The notes under the pieces were generated by a model that was not told the DNA's origin, ran no database searches, and saw only the letters and a list, made by a program, of their open reading frames with translations. From assembly GCA_046349795.1 (NCBI GenBank), contig JAXMBP010000023.1:4023-68022 (forward strand): a DNA stretch of 64,000 bases, given 5' to 3'. The DNA comes from Pirellulales bacterium (GTDB lineage Bacteria > Planctomycetota > Planctomycetia > Pirellulales > Pirellulaceae). The translations under genes were made by a program, and so were the position numbers. This document shows positions 19,423 through 30,726 of the stretch, one piece after another (the stretch's first letter is position 1; each line of letters starts with the position of its first letter).

Positions 19423-20172
19423 TTACTGCTGCATCAAGGCAGCAACGACTGGAGAATCGTAGTTCAAGTTGGTCGACACTGCTTGAACATCGTCGTGATC
19501 TTCCAGAAGTTCCAACAGCTTCAGAACAGTTTTGGCAGTCTCCTCATCAACATCGACCGTCATTTGCGGAATGCGAGTCACCGAGGCCATATCCATCGCG
19601 ATTGATGCCGCTTCCAAAGCTGAAGAAACTTGCAAAAGATTCTCAGGAGCCGTAGTGATTTCGATCCGGTCATCTAAGACCTGAATATCCTCGGCGTCAT
19701 TCTCCAAAGCGATCTCCATAACGCGATCTTCGTTGTCCTTGCTGCCAACAATGATCAACCCTTTGCGGTCAAACATATAGCTGACGCAACCTGATCCACC
19801 CAGCGAACCGCCGTGGTTATCAAAGATCTTTCGAATCTCAGGGGCGGTTCTGTTGCGGTTGTCCGTCATGATGTCGCACATTACAGCAACACCAGCGGGA
19901 CCATAACCTTCGTACATGATTTCTTCAACATCACCACCATCAAGCTCTCCGGTGCCCTTCTTGATCGCGCGTTCAATGTTGTCTTTGGGGACGCTCATCG
20001 CCCGAGCGTCCTGAATAGCTGTTCGCAATCGAGCGTTATGATCCGGGTCACCACCACCTAACTTCGCTGCGACAATAATCGCTTTAGAGAGTTTTGACCA
20101 GAGCTTAGATCGCTTGCTATCTACGGCAGCCTTGCGGTGGCGAATATTAGCGGCGTGTGAATGTCCTGCCAT
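19423..20172 (-). CDS. yebC: YebC/PmpR family protein
   Basis: MAGHSH.ANIRHRK, YEGYGPAG, TDNRNRT, LEDHDDVQ. Confidence 0.95.
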   Translation of the reverse strand: MAGHSHAANIRHRKAAVDSKRSKLWSKLSKAIIVAAKLGGGDPDHNARLRTAIQDARAMSVPKDNIERAIKKGTGELDGGDVEEIMYEGYGPAGVAVMCDIMTDNRNRTAPEIRKIFDNHGGSLGGSGCVSYMFDRKGLIIVGSKDNEDRVMEIALENDAEDIQVLDDRIEITTAPENLLQVSSALEAASIAMDMASVTRIPQMTVDVDEETAKTVLKLLELLEDHDDVQAVSTNLNYDSPVVAALMQQ

Positions 20173-20257
20173 GATTGTTACAACGAAGAATGAACTATAT
20201 AAGATGGACTAACGGATTTCGAATGGAATACGTCTTTGGATACTACGCCTGAACAGC

Positions 20258-21235
20258 TTATTTTGGTTTACGCTTGGTCGGCGGAGTGCCACCTTTTGTC
20301 CCAGGCTTTTTTGGTGGAGCAGGCTTTTTGGCAACTGGCTTCTCTGTGGCTTTCTTAGCAGGCGGGGCAGCCTTTTTCACTGGAGCAGCAGGTTTTTTCG
20401 GCGGAGCGGCGGCTGGCTTCTTGGCTTCCGCTTTCGAGTCGGACTTCGCTTCAGCCTTTCCAGAATCTTTGGCTGGCTTGGCTGCTGGCTTCTCAGGAGC
20501 TTTTGCTGGAGCCTTAACAACAGGTGCTTCTTTGGGCTTTTCTTCCTTGGTCTTTTCTTCTTTCGCCTTTTCTTTCTTTTCAGGCGCTCCAGCTTCCTTC
20601 AAAATGGCTTTGGTATTCTTGCCTCCAGGAGCACCCACAACCAATAATCCAAATTGATGCAAGCATGAAGCAAACTCAGCCCCCTTCGACTTTGGAACCG
20701 TGCGTTCCAAGCTCGGAATCTGCCCTTTGACTGCCTCTGAATCGGACATGATTTCCGTGGCGAGCAGAATCTTTACGATGTTGCCGCTAACAGGAATTGC
20801 GTGACCACCGAAGGCATTCTGAGTTACGTAGTTTAAAACGAAGTTCGACATTCCGCCAAATTTCTCAAGTTCAGCAATTGCCTTGCCTTGATTCATCTTC
20901 GCCAGCTCTTCTAGGTCAAAGCTGTAGCGAGTTTCAAAGATCGACTGCAGATTCTTCTTCACACGAGTAGCAGCAGGTACTGCGTCTGGCAAATTTTGTA
21001 AGTGCTCAACCAACTCCGTTACCGTTGTAACGCGAACTTCATTCCAATCTACGAAACACTCTTGCAATCGGTGGAAGGCTTCGTCAGCAGCATCATACGG
21101 CGCGTCCTCAAGAACACTTGCATAGATCAAGTGCTCCAGGATGTTTCGATCTTTGGGAGCTAACACTGGGGTGAAGTGTTTGCTTACAACCTTTTGAAGC
21201 AGTTGGATGCGATCGCCGCGGTTTTTGCTACTCAT
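20258..21235 (-). CDS. Hypothetical protein: HhH-GPD/endonuclease III-like helical domain plus Lys/Ala/Pro-rich basic tail
   Basis: AFHRLQECFVDWNEVRV resembles the EndoIII-like N-lobe; C-terminal ~105 aa of KKPAAP-type low complexity. ATG 21235 is the likely start. Confidence 0.65.
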   Translation of the reverse strand: MSSKNRGDRIQLLQKVVSKHFTPVLAPKDRNILEHLIYASVLEDAPYDAADEAFHRLQECFVDWNEVRVTTVTELVEHLQNLPDAVPAATRVKKNLQSIFETRYSFDLEELAKMNQGKAIAELEKFGGMSNFVLNYVTQNAFGGHAIPVSGNIVKILLATEIMSDSEAVKGQIPSLERTVPKSKGAEFASCLHQFGLLVVGAPGGKNTKAILKEAGAPEKKEKAKEEKTKEEKPKEAPVVKAPAKAPEKPAAKPAKDSGKAEAKSDSKAEAKKPAAAPPKKPAAPVKKAAPPAKKATEKPVAKKPAPPKKPGTKGGTPPTKRKPK

Positions 21236-21337
21236 TTGTCGTCTAACTCTTGCTGTCTCGAATGAACTTCGATTTCTTCTGGTTTCTATTACTGACTCGA
21301 CACCATGCACGCTAGCTAACCCAGCACGCTAAGTTCT

Positions 21338-21757
21338 TCAGTCGTGATCTACTTTATCCGTGGTTGGTTCAGAATCTGATTGTTCAGCCTCGCGCCGAGC
21401 TGCCAACTCTTCGCGTTCGCGAGCAATATCCGCCAGGATTTGACCAACTTCCAAGCTCTTCTTGACGCCCAAATCAAGTTCAAAGCTAAGTCTTGGGGTG
21501 TAACGCGTTTCGATGCGTTTGGCGATTTTCGACTGTAAGAAGCCAGCCGAATTAGCCAAACCCCTTATACACAGGTTTTGTTTAACCTCGTCACCCATCA
21601 CGCTGATCAGTACTTTTGCACTGCGCATGTCGGGAGTTATCTCCACTCCTGTGACAGTTACATTCTTGACGCGAGGGTCGCGAATTTCGGTTAATATTGC
21701 CATGCTGACGACTTCACGAATCGCTTCAGCGGCTTTCAACATTCTACGGCTAGCCAT
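21338..21757 (-). CDS. rbfA: 30S ribosome-binding factor A
   Basis: MASRRMLKAAEAIREVVS...IRDPRV..VTVTGVEITPDMRSAKV...RYTPRLSF; lies after infB. The ORF-track start overlaps infB. Confidence 0.95.
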   Translation of the reverse strand: MASRRMLKAAEAIREVVSMAILTEIRDPRVKNVTVTGVEITPDMRSAKVLISVMGDEVKQNLCIRGLANSAGFLQSKIAKRIETRYTPRLSFELDLGVKKSLEVGQILADIAREREELAARREAEQSDSEPTTDKVDHD

Positions 21758-21782
21758 ATCGGTCTCCTTGGAAGTGCGAAGC

Positions 21783-24644
21783 TTAGTCCAGCTTTCGAGC
21801 CACTTCCTCAATGCGGTAGGCTTCCAAAATGTCGTCCGGCTTGAGGTCATTGAAGTTGGCCAACTTGATACCACACTCCATACCTCGAGGTACTTCCTTC
21901 ACGTCGTCGCGATGTCGCTTCAACGAATCCAGAGCATAGTCACCGATCGTTCGATTGTCTCGGTGTACTCGAATGCGGCAACCGCGTTCGATGGAACCCT
22001 GAGCCACCAAGCAACCTGCAACTGCACCAACCTTGCTGATGTTGAACACGGTCTTGACCAAAGCACGGCCGAGTTCGACCACGCGTTCTTCGGGCTTCAA
22101 GCGACCTTCGATAATCGCCTTGATGTCCTCCGCCAGTTTGTAGATGATGTCGTAACGTCGAATTTCGACGTTACGATCGTCTGCCAATCCTCTGGCTTGT
22201 TCATCAGGAATAACGTTGAAGCCAACGATCACGGCATGTGAAGCGCTAGCCAACGTAACGTCGGCTACAGTAATTCCACCAACGCTCTTTTGAAGGATTC
22301 GGATAAACACTTCCGGATGATCGATCTTGGACAGCTCTTTCTCGATCGCTTCCAAACTTCCGCGAGCATCCGCACGTACGATAAGATTGAGTTCGACCTT
22401 CTCCTCGGTCTTGCCAAGCTTGCCGGTTTGCAAAAGATTTTGGAAAGTCTCGAACGAAACTTTCGGCGATGTGCCCGAAAGCGATTGCGCTCGAGAAACA
22501 TTCTCTCGCGACTCAGCCAACTCGCGCGCCTGAGCAATATCATCAAGCACATAGAACCGATCGCCAGCAGCGGGAGCTTCATTCAAGCCGGTGATGTTGA
22601 TTGGCACCGATGGACCAGCCGACTTAAATTGAACATTGGTGTTCAACGTATCGTAAATCGCTTTCACGCGACCATAGCTGGAACCGCACAGGACGATATC
22701 GCCAACCTTGACTGTTCCGTTCTGGACAACGAATTTAGCGATAACACCCTTATCGGACTGTTGCTCGGATTCCAAACAGACGCCGATACCAGGGCGATTT
22801 GGATTGGCCTTGTAATCGTGCAGTTCAGCCACTGTCAGCAATGTCTCAAGCAGATCGTCCATGCCTTGACCGGTCGTGGCGCTTGTGCGAACTACTTCGA
22901 CGTCGCCGCCCCATTCGCTTGGCGTCAATCCATGTTCGGTCATCTGAGTCAAAATGCGATTCACATCGACACCAGGTAAGTCGATCTTATTCAGCGCCAC
23001 CACGATTGGAACCTCAGCCGCCTTAGCGTGACTGATAGCTTCTTCCGTTTGAGGCATGATGCCGTCATCAGCGGCAATTACCAGAATCGCGATATCTGTT
23101 ACGTTAGCACCACGAGCACGCATTTCGGTAAAGGCTTCGTGACCAGGCGTGTCGACGAAGGAAATCAGCTTGCCATCTTTTTCGACTTGATAGGCGCGGA
23201 TGTGCTGAGTAATCCCGCCCGCTTCGCCCTTCACAATGCGAGTACCGATCAGGTAGTCGAGCAATGACGTCTTTCCGTGGTCGACGTGGCCCAAGAAGGT
23301 CACGATTGGTGGACGTGACACTAGCGAATCTGGATCGTCCTCAGTTGTTTCGATCGCTTGAATCAAGTTCTCTTCGAGCGACTCAGGCTTGGTGAACTGT
23401 AGCTCTACGTTCAGCTCCACGGCCAACATCTCTGCCAATTCGGCATTGATATTGGCATTGATATTCAGCATCTGACCCATCTGCATCAGAGTTGCCAATA
23501 CGCGACCTGATGGAACGCCAGCGGCTTCCGAAAAACTTCGAACTGTACAAGGTAATTCCAACGAAACGTTCTCCTTACGCGGGGCAGCAGTATTGGTGCC
23601 TTTACGAACCAATTTCTTGGATCCTGCACGCTGCCGTCGATCATCATCTTCAGTTAAATCGATTTGACGCTTGCGGCGTTCGGCTCGAGCAGCCACAACT
23701 CCGGCAGTGCCCTTCTTGCCTGGTTTAGCTTCTTCTTCCTCTTCACCGGGACGGCCGTGCTTGCCCTTTCGGTCCGCCGCAGCCTTCGCAAATCCTTTAA
23801 GGCCGCCTTCGGGGGCTGGTCCTTTGGCTTTCGGATCCGTGGCAGAAGCGCCACCCTTGCGTCGATCTTCGCGGTCAGCCTTTTGTTGCGCTTCCATCTG
23901 CTCCAGCGGAGCCTTCATACCTTGCTTCTGACCGGTGATGTCATCTTTGGTGAAGCGAATTTCAGGCTTTTGTGGTGCTGGTTCGTTCGATTTAGGCGGC
24001 GGTACCGGAGCTGAACTCTTTGGAACGGACGCCAAATTGATGACCGGAGTTCGAGCTTGTGGCGGTCGCTTGCGATCACCGCGATCCTCGGTGGGACGGT
24101 CGGTCTTGGCCTGACGTCGACTGTCTAAGCTGCGAACGCGGCCAGCCGAAGACAGTGGTGAAACATAATCGTCTCGAGACATGGATCGCGACTGCTGTGG
24201 AGCTTTGGATGTTGCAGCCGTTTCAGTTTGATCAGCCTGCTTGGCAACTACGGACTCGGCCACTTCTGGCTCAGAAGCTTCGAGTACCGGGGTTGTTTCG
24301 ACTGGCTCGACAGGCGGTGCAGATGTTTCACTTGCTGGCGTAGATCGCGTCGGTGTGGAAGTCGACTTCAAATCGCGAGGTCGACCTGAAAGGCGATTTG
24401 AAAGCGGTCCCAGCGGAGATGTGCGAACTGGTGGCGCATCAACCGTATTGCCTTTTGGCTTTTCCGGCGCGGTGGGCTTGTTCTCTGGTCCAGCCAGATA
24501 CTTTTGAATGCGCGCAACCTCTTCATCTTCCAGGCTGGCAAGTGCCGAGCCCTTGTTCTGAATGCCAAGTTTCAGACAAAGATCAACGAGGTCTTTGCTG
24601 TCGATCGATAGCTCTTTAGCTAACGCGTAGATGCGTTTCGACAC
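21783..24644 (-). CDS. infB: Translation initiation factor IF-2
   Basis: RIYALAKEL N-domain; GHVDHGKTS, GGITQHI, DTPGHEAF, NKID. Confidence 0.98.
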   Translation of the reverse strand: MSKRIYALAKELSIDSKDLVDLCLKLGIQNKGSALASLEDEEVARIQKYLAGPENKPTAPEKPKGNTVDAPPVRTSPLGPLSNRLSGRPRDLKSTSTPTRSTPASETSAPPVEPVETTPVLEASEPEVAESVVAKQADQTETAATSKAPQQSRSMSRDDYVSPLSSAGRVRSLDSRRQAKTDRPTEDRGDRKRPPQARTPVINLASVPKSSAPVPPPKSNEPAPQKPEIRFTKDDITGQKQGMKAPLEQMEAQQKADREDRRKGGASATDPKAKGPAPEGGLKGFAKAAADRKGKHGRPGEEEEEAKPGKKGTAGVVAARAERRKRQIDLTEDDDRRQRAGSKKLVRKGTNTAAPRKENVSLELPCTVRSFSEAAGVPSGRVLATLMQMGQMLNINANINAELAEMLAVELNVELQFTKPESLEENLIQAIETTEDDPDSLVSRPPIVTFLGHVDHGKTSLLDYLIGTRIVKGEAGGITQHIRAYQVEKDGKLISFVDTPGHEAFTEMRARGANVTDIAILVIAADDGIMPQTEEAISHAKAAEVPIVVALNKIDLPGVDVNRILTQMTEHGLTPSEWGGDVEVVRTSATTGQGMDDLLETLLTVAELHDYKANPNRPGIGVCLESEQQSDKGVIAKFVVQNGTVKVGDIVLCGSSYGRVKAIYDTLNTNVQFKSAGPSVPINITGLNEAPAAGDRFYVLDDIAQARELAESRENVSRAQSLSGTSPKVSFETFQNLLQTGKLGKTEEKVELNLIVRADARGSLEAIEKELSKIDHPEVFIRILQKSVGGITVADVTLASASHAVIVGFNVIPDEQARGLADDRNVEIRRYDIIYKLAEDIKAIIEGRLKPEERVVELGRALVKTVFNISKVGAVAGCLVAQGSIERGCRIRVHRDNRTIGDYALDSLKRHRDDVKEVPRGMECGIKLANFNDLKPDDILEAYRIEEVARKLD

Positions 24645-24875
24645 GTGCTGTTATTCCTAAGGAATCAAAAAGTGGTCATGTGGACTTCGTAAAGCTTAGC
24701 TTTGAACGAAGCATGGGTTCGGCTGGCTACAAGCTTGCAGACGCTGGCGGCTCAGACACGACCACTGGCGCACGTGGGTGTCATCTACATGGACAGCACC
24801 TCCAAAATTGAAGATGAAGCCTTGGGGAAACACAGTTGGTCGATGTTCCACCGACCAGCAGGTCCGACCAGAGTT

Positions 24876-26216
24876 TTAAGCCTGATCGGGATCATTGCTC
24901 TGGTCCATATTTCCCTCTGGAGCACTTGGAGAGTCTTTCATCTCCTGCGTTGCAGTTTGTTCGCCAGACGGCGATTTTCTCGCACCAGACGAACTCCGTC
25001 CGGATGCGTTTTGAGAGCCACTTTCGGCGGCATCTCGCTGTTTCTTTTGTTTCTGTTCTTCAGCCTGCTTTTCAGCTTCTTGGGCACGCTCATCAGCCTG
25101 CTCGACGATGACATCAACCTCTTCGGCGGATATGCCACCCATCTCCATCAGGTGATCAGGCTCGATCACAGACAAATCATCGTACGACAAATAGCCCTGT
25201 TCTACCAGCCTTTGAGCCAGATCTTCGGTCATTCCTTCCAATTCCATGAAGGAGGAAATAGCACGATCAATCTGCTCTTCTAGCTCGCCAGCGGTCATAA
25301 TCTCAATGTCCCAGCCCACCAACTTACTTGCCAAGCGGACGTTTTGACCGAACTTACCGATAGCCTGCGAAAGTTGATCGTCTCGAACTAGGACGATGGC
25401 TCGACCGATCATGTCGCACAGCAAGACCTGCTCAACCTCGGCAGGTTGCAGCGAAGCCGGAATTAGAACCTGTGGATCATCGCTCCAGCGCACAATGTCA
25501 ATTCGCTCGCCGGAGAGTTCGCTGGTGATGTTCTTAATGCGATTTCCGCGAACGCCCACGCAGGCTCCAACGCAATCAACGCGAGTGTCTGAACTGTTCA
25601 CTGCTACCTTGCTGCGCTGTCCCGGCTCGCGACTAATGGCTTTAATTTCGATTACGCCATCGTTAATTTCTGGGATTTCTTGCTCAAATAGCCGTTGAAC
25701 CAACTGCGGCTTGGTACGGCTGAGGATCACTTTGACTCGATTTCCCGCCGACTTTACCTCGTAAATTACAGCTCGAACGCGGTCTCCGTTGTGGTAGCTT
25801 TCGCCGGGAATCTGCTCGCTTCGAGGCAATATTGCCTCAACGCTCGGTAGCTGAACCGTCGTGACTCCTCGCTCGCTTCGCTGAACTGTACCGGTGACCA
25901 ACTGGCCGACTTGGTCATGGTATTCGTCCATCAAAGAATCGCGTTCGGCCTCTTTGATCTTTTGGATAATGACTTGTTTGGCAGTTTGAGCACCAATACG
26001 ACCAATTTCCGCCTGATCCAGCTCTTCGCCATTGCAGACCGCTGTGATAGAACCGGTCTCTCGATCGATTCTTACATCGATTTCAGCATCTTCACCCTTG
26101 AATCGGCGCACCGCTGTCACCAAAGCAGATTCGATAGCTGAAAACACGATTTCACTATCGATGTTTTTCTCGCGGTGTAGCGAATCGACAAGGCGAAGCA
26201 GTTCGTGTGGATTCAT
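24876..26216 (-). CDS. nusA: Transcription termination/antitermination factor NusA
   Basis: [17 protein letters not shown]1 and KH domains, [24 protein letters not shown]. Confidence 0.97.
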   Translation of the reverse strand: MNPHELLRLVDSLHREKNIDSEIVFSAIESALVTAVRRFKGEDAEIDVRIDRETGSITAVCNGEELDQAEIGRIGAQTAKQVIIQKIKEAERDSLMDEYHDQVGQLVTGTVQRSERGVTTVQLPSVEAILPRSEQIPGESYHNGDRVRAVIYEVKSAGNRVKVILSRTKPQLVQRLFEQEIPEINDGVIEIKAISREPGQRSKVAVNSSDTRVDCVGACVGVRGNRIKNITSELSGERIDIVRWSDDPQVLIPASLQPAEVEQVLLCDMIGRAIVLVRDDQLSQAIGKFGQNVRLASKLVGWDIEIMTAGELEEQIDRAISSFMELEGMTEDLAQRLVEQGYLSYDDLSVIEPDHLMEMGGISAEEVDVIVEQADERAQEAEKQAEEQKQKKQRDAAESGSQNASGRSSSGARKSPSGEQTATQEMKDSPSAPEGNMDQSNDPDQA

Positions 26217-26318
26217 AGTGGCACTTGGGTTGACGACGCATCGATAAGGCAGTTCCGCGGCCTAGTCCCAGACCGTCAGAGCTCGTTTTTTACTGAGCGC
26301 CAGCGAGGCGAATGCGTC

Positions 26319-26359
26319 AAAAGAGGAGCGACTTTCCACCCGGAAAGTCCGCCAACCCC
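26319..26359 (-). promoter_or_regulatory. Terminator-like hairpin in the nusA leader (candidate attenuator)
   Basis: Minus strand GACTTTCC-gggt-GGAAAGTC followed by GCTCCTCTTTT, about 100 nt upstream of the nusA start. Confidence 0.5.
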
Positions 26360-26518
26360 GTGCATTAGCGGTTTCGGCCGACAAAACCTGCTCAAAGCTA
26401 GGTTTAATCAGGCCCGAAATGGTACTTTTCTTCTTGGCAAATGTCAACGTGAAGTGGGAAAAAGGCAGGAAGCCTTTTTTGACTCTGTTTTTGATCGCTC
26501 AACAAGTTTCAACCAGAA

Positions 26519-27649
26519 TCACTCATATAGCTTCGAAATGACCTGCGGATCGACTCGTAACAGCTTTAGCAGAACTCGGGTTGTGAACTCTAGCGGCAGC
26601 AGTGACAGGTAAGTAAGATCGGCCAGCCACGGTCTTCTAACAATTCTTGCCGCAGCTACTGGCCCAAAGCGATTGTAGAATAACCGAATCTGCCGGTGGA
26701 TTTTGGGAACCTTCATGGCCAATAGTAGCTCAGCCACTTTCAAATGACGCATCTGACCGTTCACAACCTGCCCCTGAGAATTCACTTCGCTTCCTACGAG
26801 CCACTTATGGCCAGAGGCAGCCGCAGTGCTGACGTAGCAATTTGGCTTGGACTTAGGAAGTTGACTATAGAGTAAAATGGCGGTGTCGATGGCCAATTTC
26901 CAAGCCGCTGCATAGCCTATCAACCAAGCTACAGCCGACGACCACTGGTATCGATCCAACCGGGCCAATAACTCTTTAGTCGATAGACCCTCCAAGAAGC
27001 AGCCGAACGCGGAGGCATAAGCCCAAAGTGCAAGAAGTGGCGCTGAAATTAGGGCTCCGTGCAAGACCGCCACTGGTAGCACTGTTAATCGCGGACTGTC
27101 TTCGTTCAGCTCCTTGCCAAGAAAATTTGCCAGCAAGCCGATCGGAAATGCGACAAGCGTCATGAATAGAAATAGCCGTCCAATGCTAAAGCGCCTGACG
27201 GATGCACCGACTCGAACAAGTTGTTGAAGCAATATGCCAACAATTACCGCATTCAGTGGTCCGTAAACGATGTAGTTGTCCACCGCCACAACAAGCAAAA
27301 TAAAAATCTGGATGTAGAGCGCAAAACCAGATACGAGCAACAAGCCGACCCAGCCGCTTGATTTTGTTGGATACTTACAGAACACGGACAAACCGATCAT
27401 GGCCAACGCGATGAACGGATGAAAATAAGGCACCACCTGCTTATCCAACATCAGGTCCGCATAGACCCTAATGCTGCCAGATTGCCACAGCTTTGAACCT
27501 AAGTTGCTTCCGAAACCTGGACCGCTTAGAGGCATCAACAAAAAAGCTATCGCTGGTAGCACAACTCCAGCGATCAACCATAAAACTCGAGTTTGTACTG
27601 AGGGCGTAGCTTTAGAATTGTTTTCCGACTTCGGCTCTTCATTTTCCAC
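26519..27649 (-). CDS. Multi-pass membrane protein with C-terminal DUF6688-like domain
   Basis: About 7 hydrophobic helices, then CYVSTAAASGH...VNGQMR...HRQIRLFYNRFGP...ADLTYLSLLPLE. Confidence 0.6.
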   Translation of the reverse strand: MENEEPKSENNSKATPSVQTRVLWLIAGVVLPAIAFLLMPLSGPGFGSNLGSKLWQSGSIRVYADLMLDKQVVPYFHPFIALAMIGLSVFCKYPTKSSGWVGLLLVSGFALYIQIFILLVVAVDNYIVYGPLNAVIVGILLQQLVRVGASVRRFSIGRLFLFMTLVAFPIGLLANFLGKELNEDSPRLTVLPVAVLHGALISAPLLALWAYASAFGCFLEGLSTKELLARLDRYQWSSAVAWLIGYAAAWKLAIDTAILLYSQLPKSKPNCYVSTAAASGHKWLVGSEVNSQGQVVNGQMRHLKVAELLLAMKVPKIHRQIRLFYNRFGPVAAARIVRRPWLADLTYLSLLPLEFTTRVLLKLLRVDPQVISKLYE

Positions 27650-27820
27650 GGGCGAATTTTTCTATGGCAAAAGGGACAATCCAAGTTGACTGCGACCTTT
27701 TAATACGTACACCAAGGACACACGGCCCTAACGAAAAGTGGAAAAATGGCTGGCACGCCCGAAAAGAACGAGTAATGCGAGCCTCGTGGGGCTTGCTTTA
27801 GAGATATTACCGAAGGCTGA

Positions 27821-30231
27821 CTAGTCTTTCTTCACCCGCACTAGGGCGACTGCGTCGATGTGAACTACTCCTTGGCTATCAATAACCAGAAACTCGACAG
27901 ATGCGGGTTTGTTCGGCTGGAAATCGAACGTCCCTATGGACTGCATGCCTTTTTCGCCTCGAGGTGCTTGAGTTTGATCGATCTGGATTTCGCGTTCGTC
28001 ATTAGCTGAGTAGACAAGGACCCTGGCGCTCCTGGCTCGGTTCTGATGAGGTTGCCAACCAATTCGCACTTCATAACTTCCAGCTTGAGGAACTTTGAAA
28101 TCGTATTGAGCTTTAGCAGCTATGTCCGATGAGTATTGGTAACCCTCACCAACAAATCCGACCAGCGAGCCAGTGCCGCTCCAATTGCCAGTAAGCTTTG
28201 CATCCGAGTCATCCATAACAATTCCAGCGAGCGTAGCAGGATTGATTCCAACTGTCGCGACGGGCGGTGCAACCATGCCGGATGGAAGTTCCAGCGGAGC
28301 CTCTACGGACTGTCGTCGCATCAGTCCTGGCTGTTCCAATAGCGACTTGAAAACTGGCAAATGTTGGTCGTAAACATCCTGTGGCGAGCAGTGATGATAG
28401 ACACAAATCCAAGCAGCTTTGCCAACGGCTTCTCCCATCATGCCGCAGGTCCGCATCACGCGAATCGCACCCAATCCATCGTGACTGCAACTGACGTCGC
28501 GGCCTGCCATGAATAGATTCTTGATGTTGCGGCTATATAGGCAACGGTAGGGCGCCCAGTAAGGTCCTTTGTAGCGAAAATCCTGCGATTCCGTAGCTCT
28601 TGAAATGAACGCCTCATCGAGCGACTTGTCATTGAACTTCGGATCTGGATCGTGCAGGTCGATATGCCACGTACAGGGAAAGGCAGGATCGACCCACTGA
28701 GTGTTTTTACGAAAATCGTCTGCACACAGAATCACAGGCCCCAACAAGCGACGCGACTCACGCTTTCCAGCAATGTAGGCCGACCATTTCAAGCGATGAT
28801 TGGGGTAAAGTTTGTCGACGTTCTTGAGTGTGTCCCAAGCTCCATACATGGCTCGCAAGTTGTAGTCGCGAACCCACTCCATGTCATTGATCGGGTGCTT
28901 ACCGAAACCGCTCTCCCAAAACCATGCGCCCAGGTTTTGTAGCGGCGGCCTTCCATCCATCCACTGTCCAGCCGACTGCTTGCGACCTGGAAAGTTGATA
29001 TTGCTCATATCAATCGCCCAAGGACAGCGTGGAAACTTCTGCTCGACTTGGCTTTTGGTGAACGAAATTGATACTGGATCAAGATCCTTACAAAGGCACT
29101 CCAACTGAGGCTCGTTTTGAACAATATCGCCGACGCTCCATAAATTCGAGGCGCCCATATTTCCAGATTCCATCAGCTCGTAGTCAGCGCCTGCCAAAGC
29201 GCCGAGAACTCCGTCTCCGGTCGCGTCCAGGAACAGCTTGCCACTTATGCGAACTCTCTTTCCCGAGTGCGTGTGTTGGGCAACGACACTGCTGATGGAT
29301 GCATCCTGAGCCTTGCAATCGATCATACGATGATTGAGGAACAATCTGATGTTAGGTTCGTTTTGAACGAGCTGCAACTTTCGCGCATCGTCATAGTATT
29401 TGGCATCGACCGCGTTGGCTGAACTGAAGGGTTTTGGCGGTACAAGCTCACCAACAATATCGCCGACTCTCGGGAAAGGTTTAAGGTTGATATGACCCTC
29501 AGGCCAAACTCGAACTTCGCTCGATCCGTTTCCGCCTAAAACAGGACGATCCTGAATCAGTGCGACTGAAAGCGATTGTCTAGCTGCTGCAACGGCAGCC
29601 GCTGTCCCGGCTAAACCGCCTCCAACTACTACCAGATCATACGCACCAGCTTCAATGGGATCAGCGAGTCCAGCCAGATTATCCGCACGTAACTTTGACA
29701 ATGCACTTCCATATTCTCGGGAGGCTGAAAATTCGAATCGCTGCAGGCAAAATTGCATCCTGCGCCGCCCATCAAATCCGGTCAGATCATGCAGTGCTAT
29801 ATGGAACTTGTCGCTGATACGAACCTTGCCTCCATCTTGCCAATGCCATTTGTCGCCCTCGACTCCAAACAAAGTTTGAAGCGGTTGATTATCAATGAGT
29901 ACTTGAAACTTTCCGGGCGTTTCCGCCGGACTCCAAGGTGCGCCCCAATTTCGCGTTCGCACCCAAATGCGATACTCGCCAGCGATAGTTGCAGCTATTT
30001 CACCCGAGGCATCAGAAACTGGTTCGCCCAATCCGTGCGCCAACAAATAGGGGAGAGCCCATGATGTGCCATGAACTGTTGATCGACGACCCAACCGCCT
30101 CGATTCTCAAGCGACTCGACCTCAATCCAAATCATCTTAGATGGTGTCGAAGCAAGGATACTCGAGCTGGTTATCGCGATGAACCAAAGACAGCAGAACG
30201 ATTGAAGACAACTGAGTCGTGATGCGAACAT
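27821..30231 (-). CDS. Secreted FAD-dependent oxidoreductase with C-terminal beta-sandwich; indels near the 5' end
   Basis: Signal peptide and IWIEVESLENRGGWVVDQQF in ORF 29995-30231; VVVGGGLAGTAAA, IQDRPVLGGNGSSE, KRESRRL, PYRCLYSRNIKNLFMAGR in ORF 27821-30094. Confidence 0.85.
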
Positions 30232-30248
30232 TGCGGGAATCTCAATTG

Positions 30249-30704
30249 CTATTTGATCTTGAAGTTTTGGGCAGCATCTTCTTTAGGCAAAGTGACCTTT
30301 TCACCGTAGGGTACGGTGCGCAAAGGCTTGCCCTGTAGCGACTCACCGTGCGCCACGCCATCAAAGGGACTGATGGTGACCAAATAGGCACCGCCGACTA
30401 CGCCTTGTTCTCTGGAAAGAGAGTACTTACCATCTTTGATCTGAGCCATCGAACCAGGCCCAGAGTTCCCAGCAGTACCGTCGGGTTCGAAGCTGATCTC
30501 TCCAGCAGGCACGGGTTTGCCATCAGGCATCTCAATGGTGCCATTGACGGTAAATTTCACTGGGCCATCTTGCCCACATCCCATTGCTGTTACCAACAGC
30601 AACACGAGGCAAACAGATACTAACTTGCATATGCTTGTTCCTGTAGCAAAAGTGCGTAATAAAGAGGCCGTCCTCATCGAAGGACCGCATTCGTGGTCGT
30701 CCAA
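30249..30704 (-). CDS. Planctomycete lipoprotein (carboxypeptidase-regulatory-like beta-sandwich), typical DUF1559 partner
   Basis: AMGC lipobox; V.G.I..DGKPVPAGEISFEP; IKDGKY; GAYLVTI. Confidence 0.75.
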   Translation of the reverse strand: MDDHECGPSMRTASLLRTFATGTSICKLVSVCLVLLLVTAMGCGQDGPVKFTVNGTIEMPDGKPVPAGEISFEPDGTAGNSGPGSMAQIKDGKYSLSREQGVVGGAYLVTISPFDGVAHGESLQGKPLRTVPYGEKVTLPKEDAAQNFKIK

Positions 30705-30726
30705 AAAGAAAACCTAGTTCCAAATG

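Noticed and set aside
20270-20590. Tandem repeat or CRISPR-like array
   Set aside because: The repetition is codon-level low complexity from a K/A/P-rich protein tail. No constant repeat-spacer structure was seen here or elsewhere in the window.
20274-25698. Plus-strand ORFs (e.g. 20274-20657, 21513-22241, 22290-22979, 24702-25283)
   Set aside because: Antisense shadows of the basic-tail protein, rbfA, infB and nusA, with no independent motifs.
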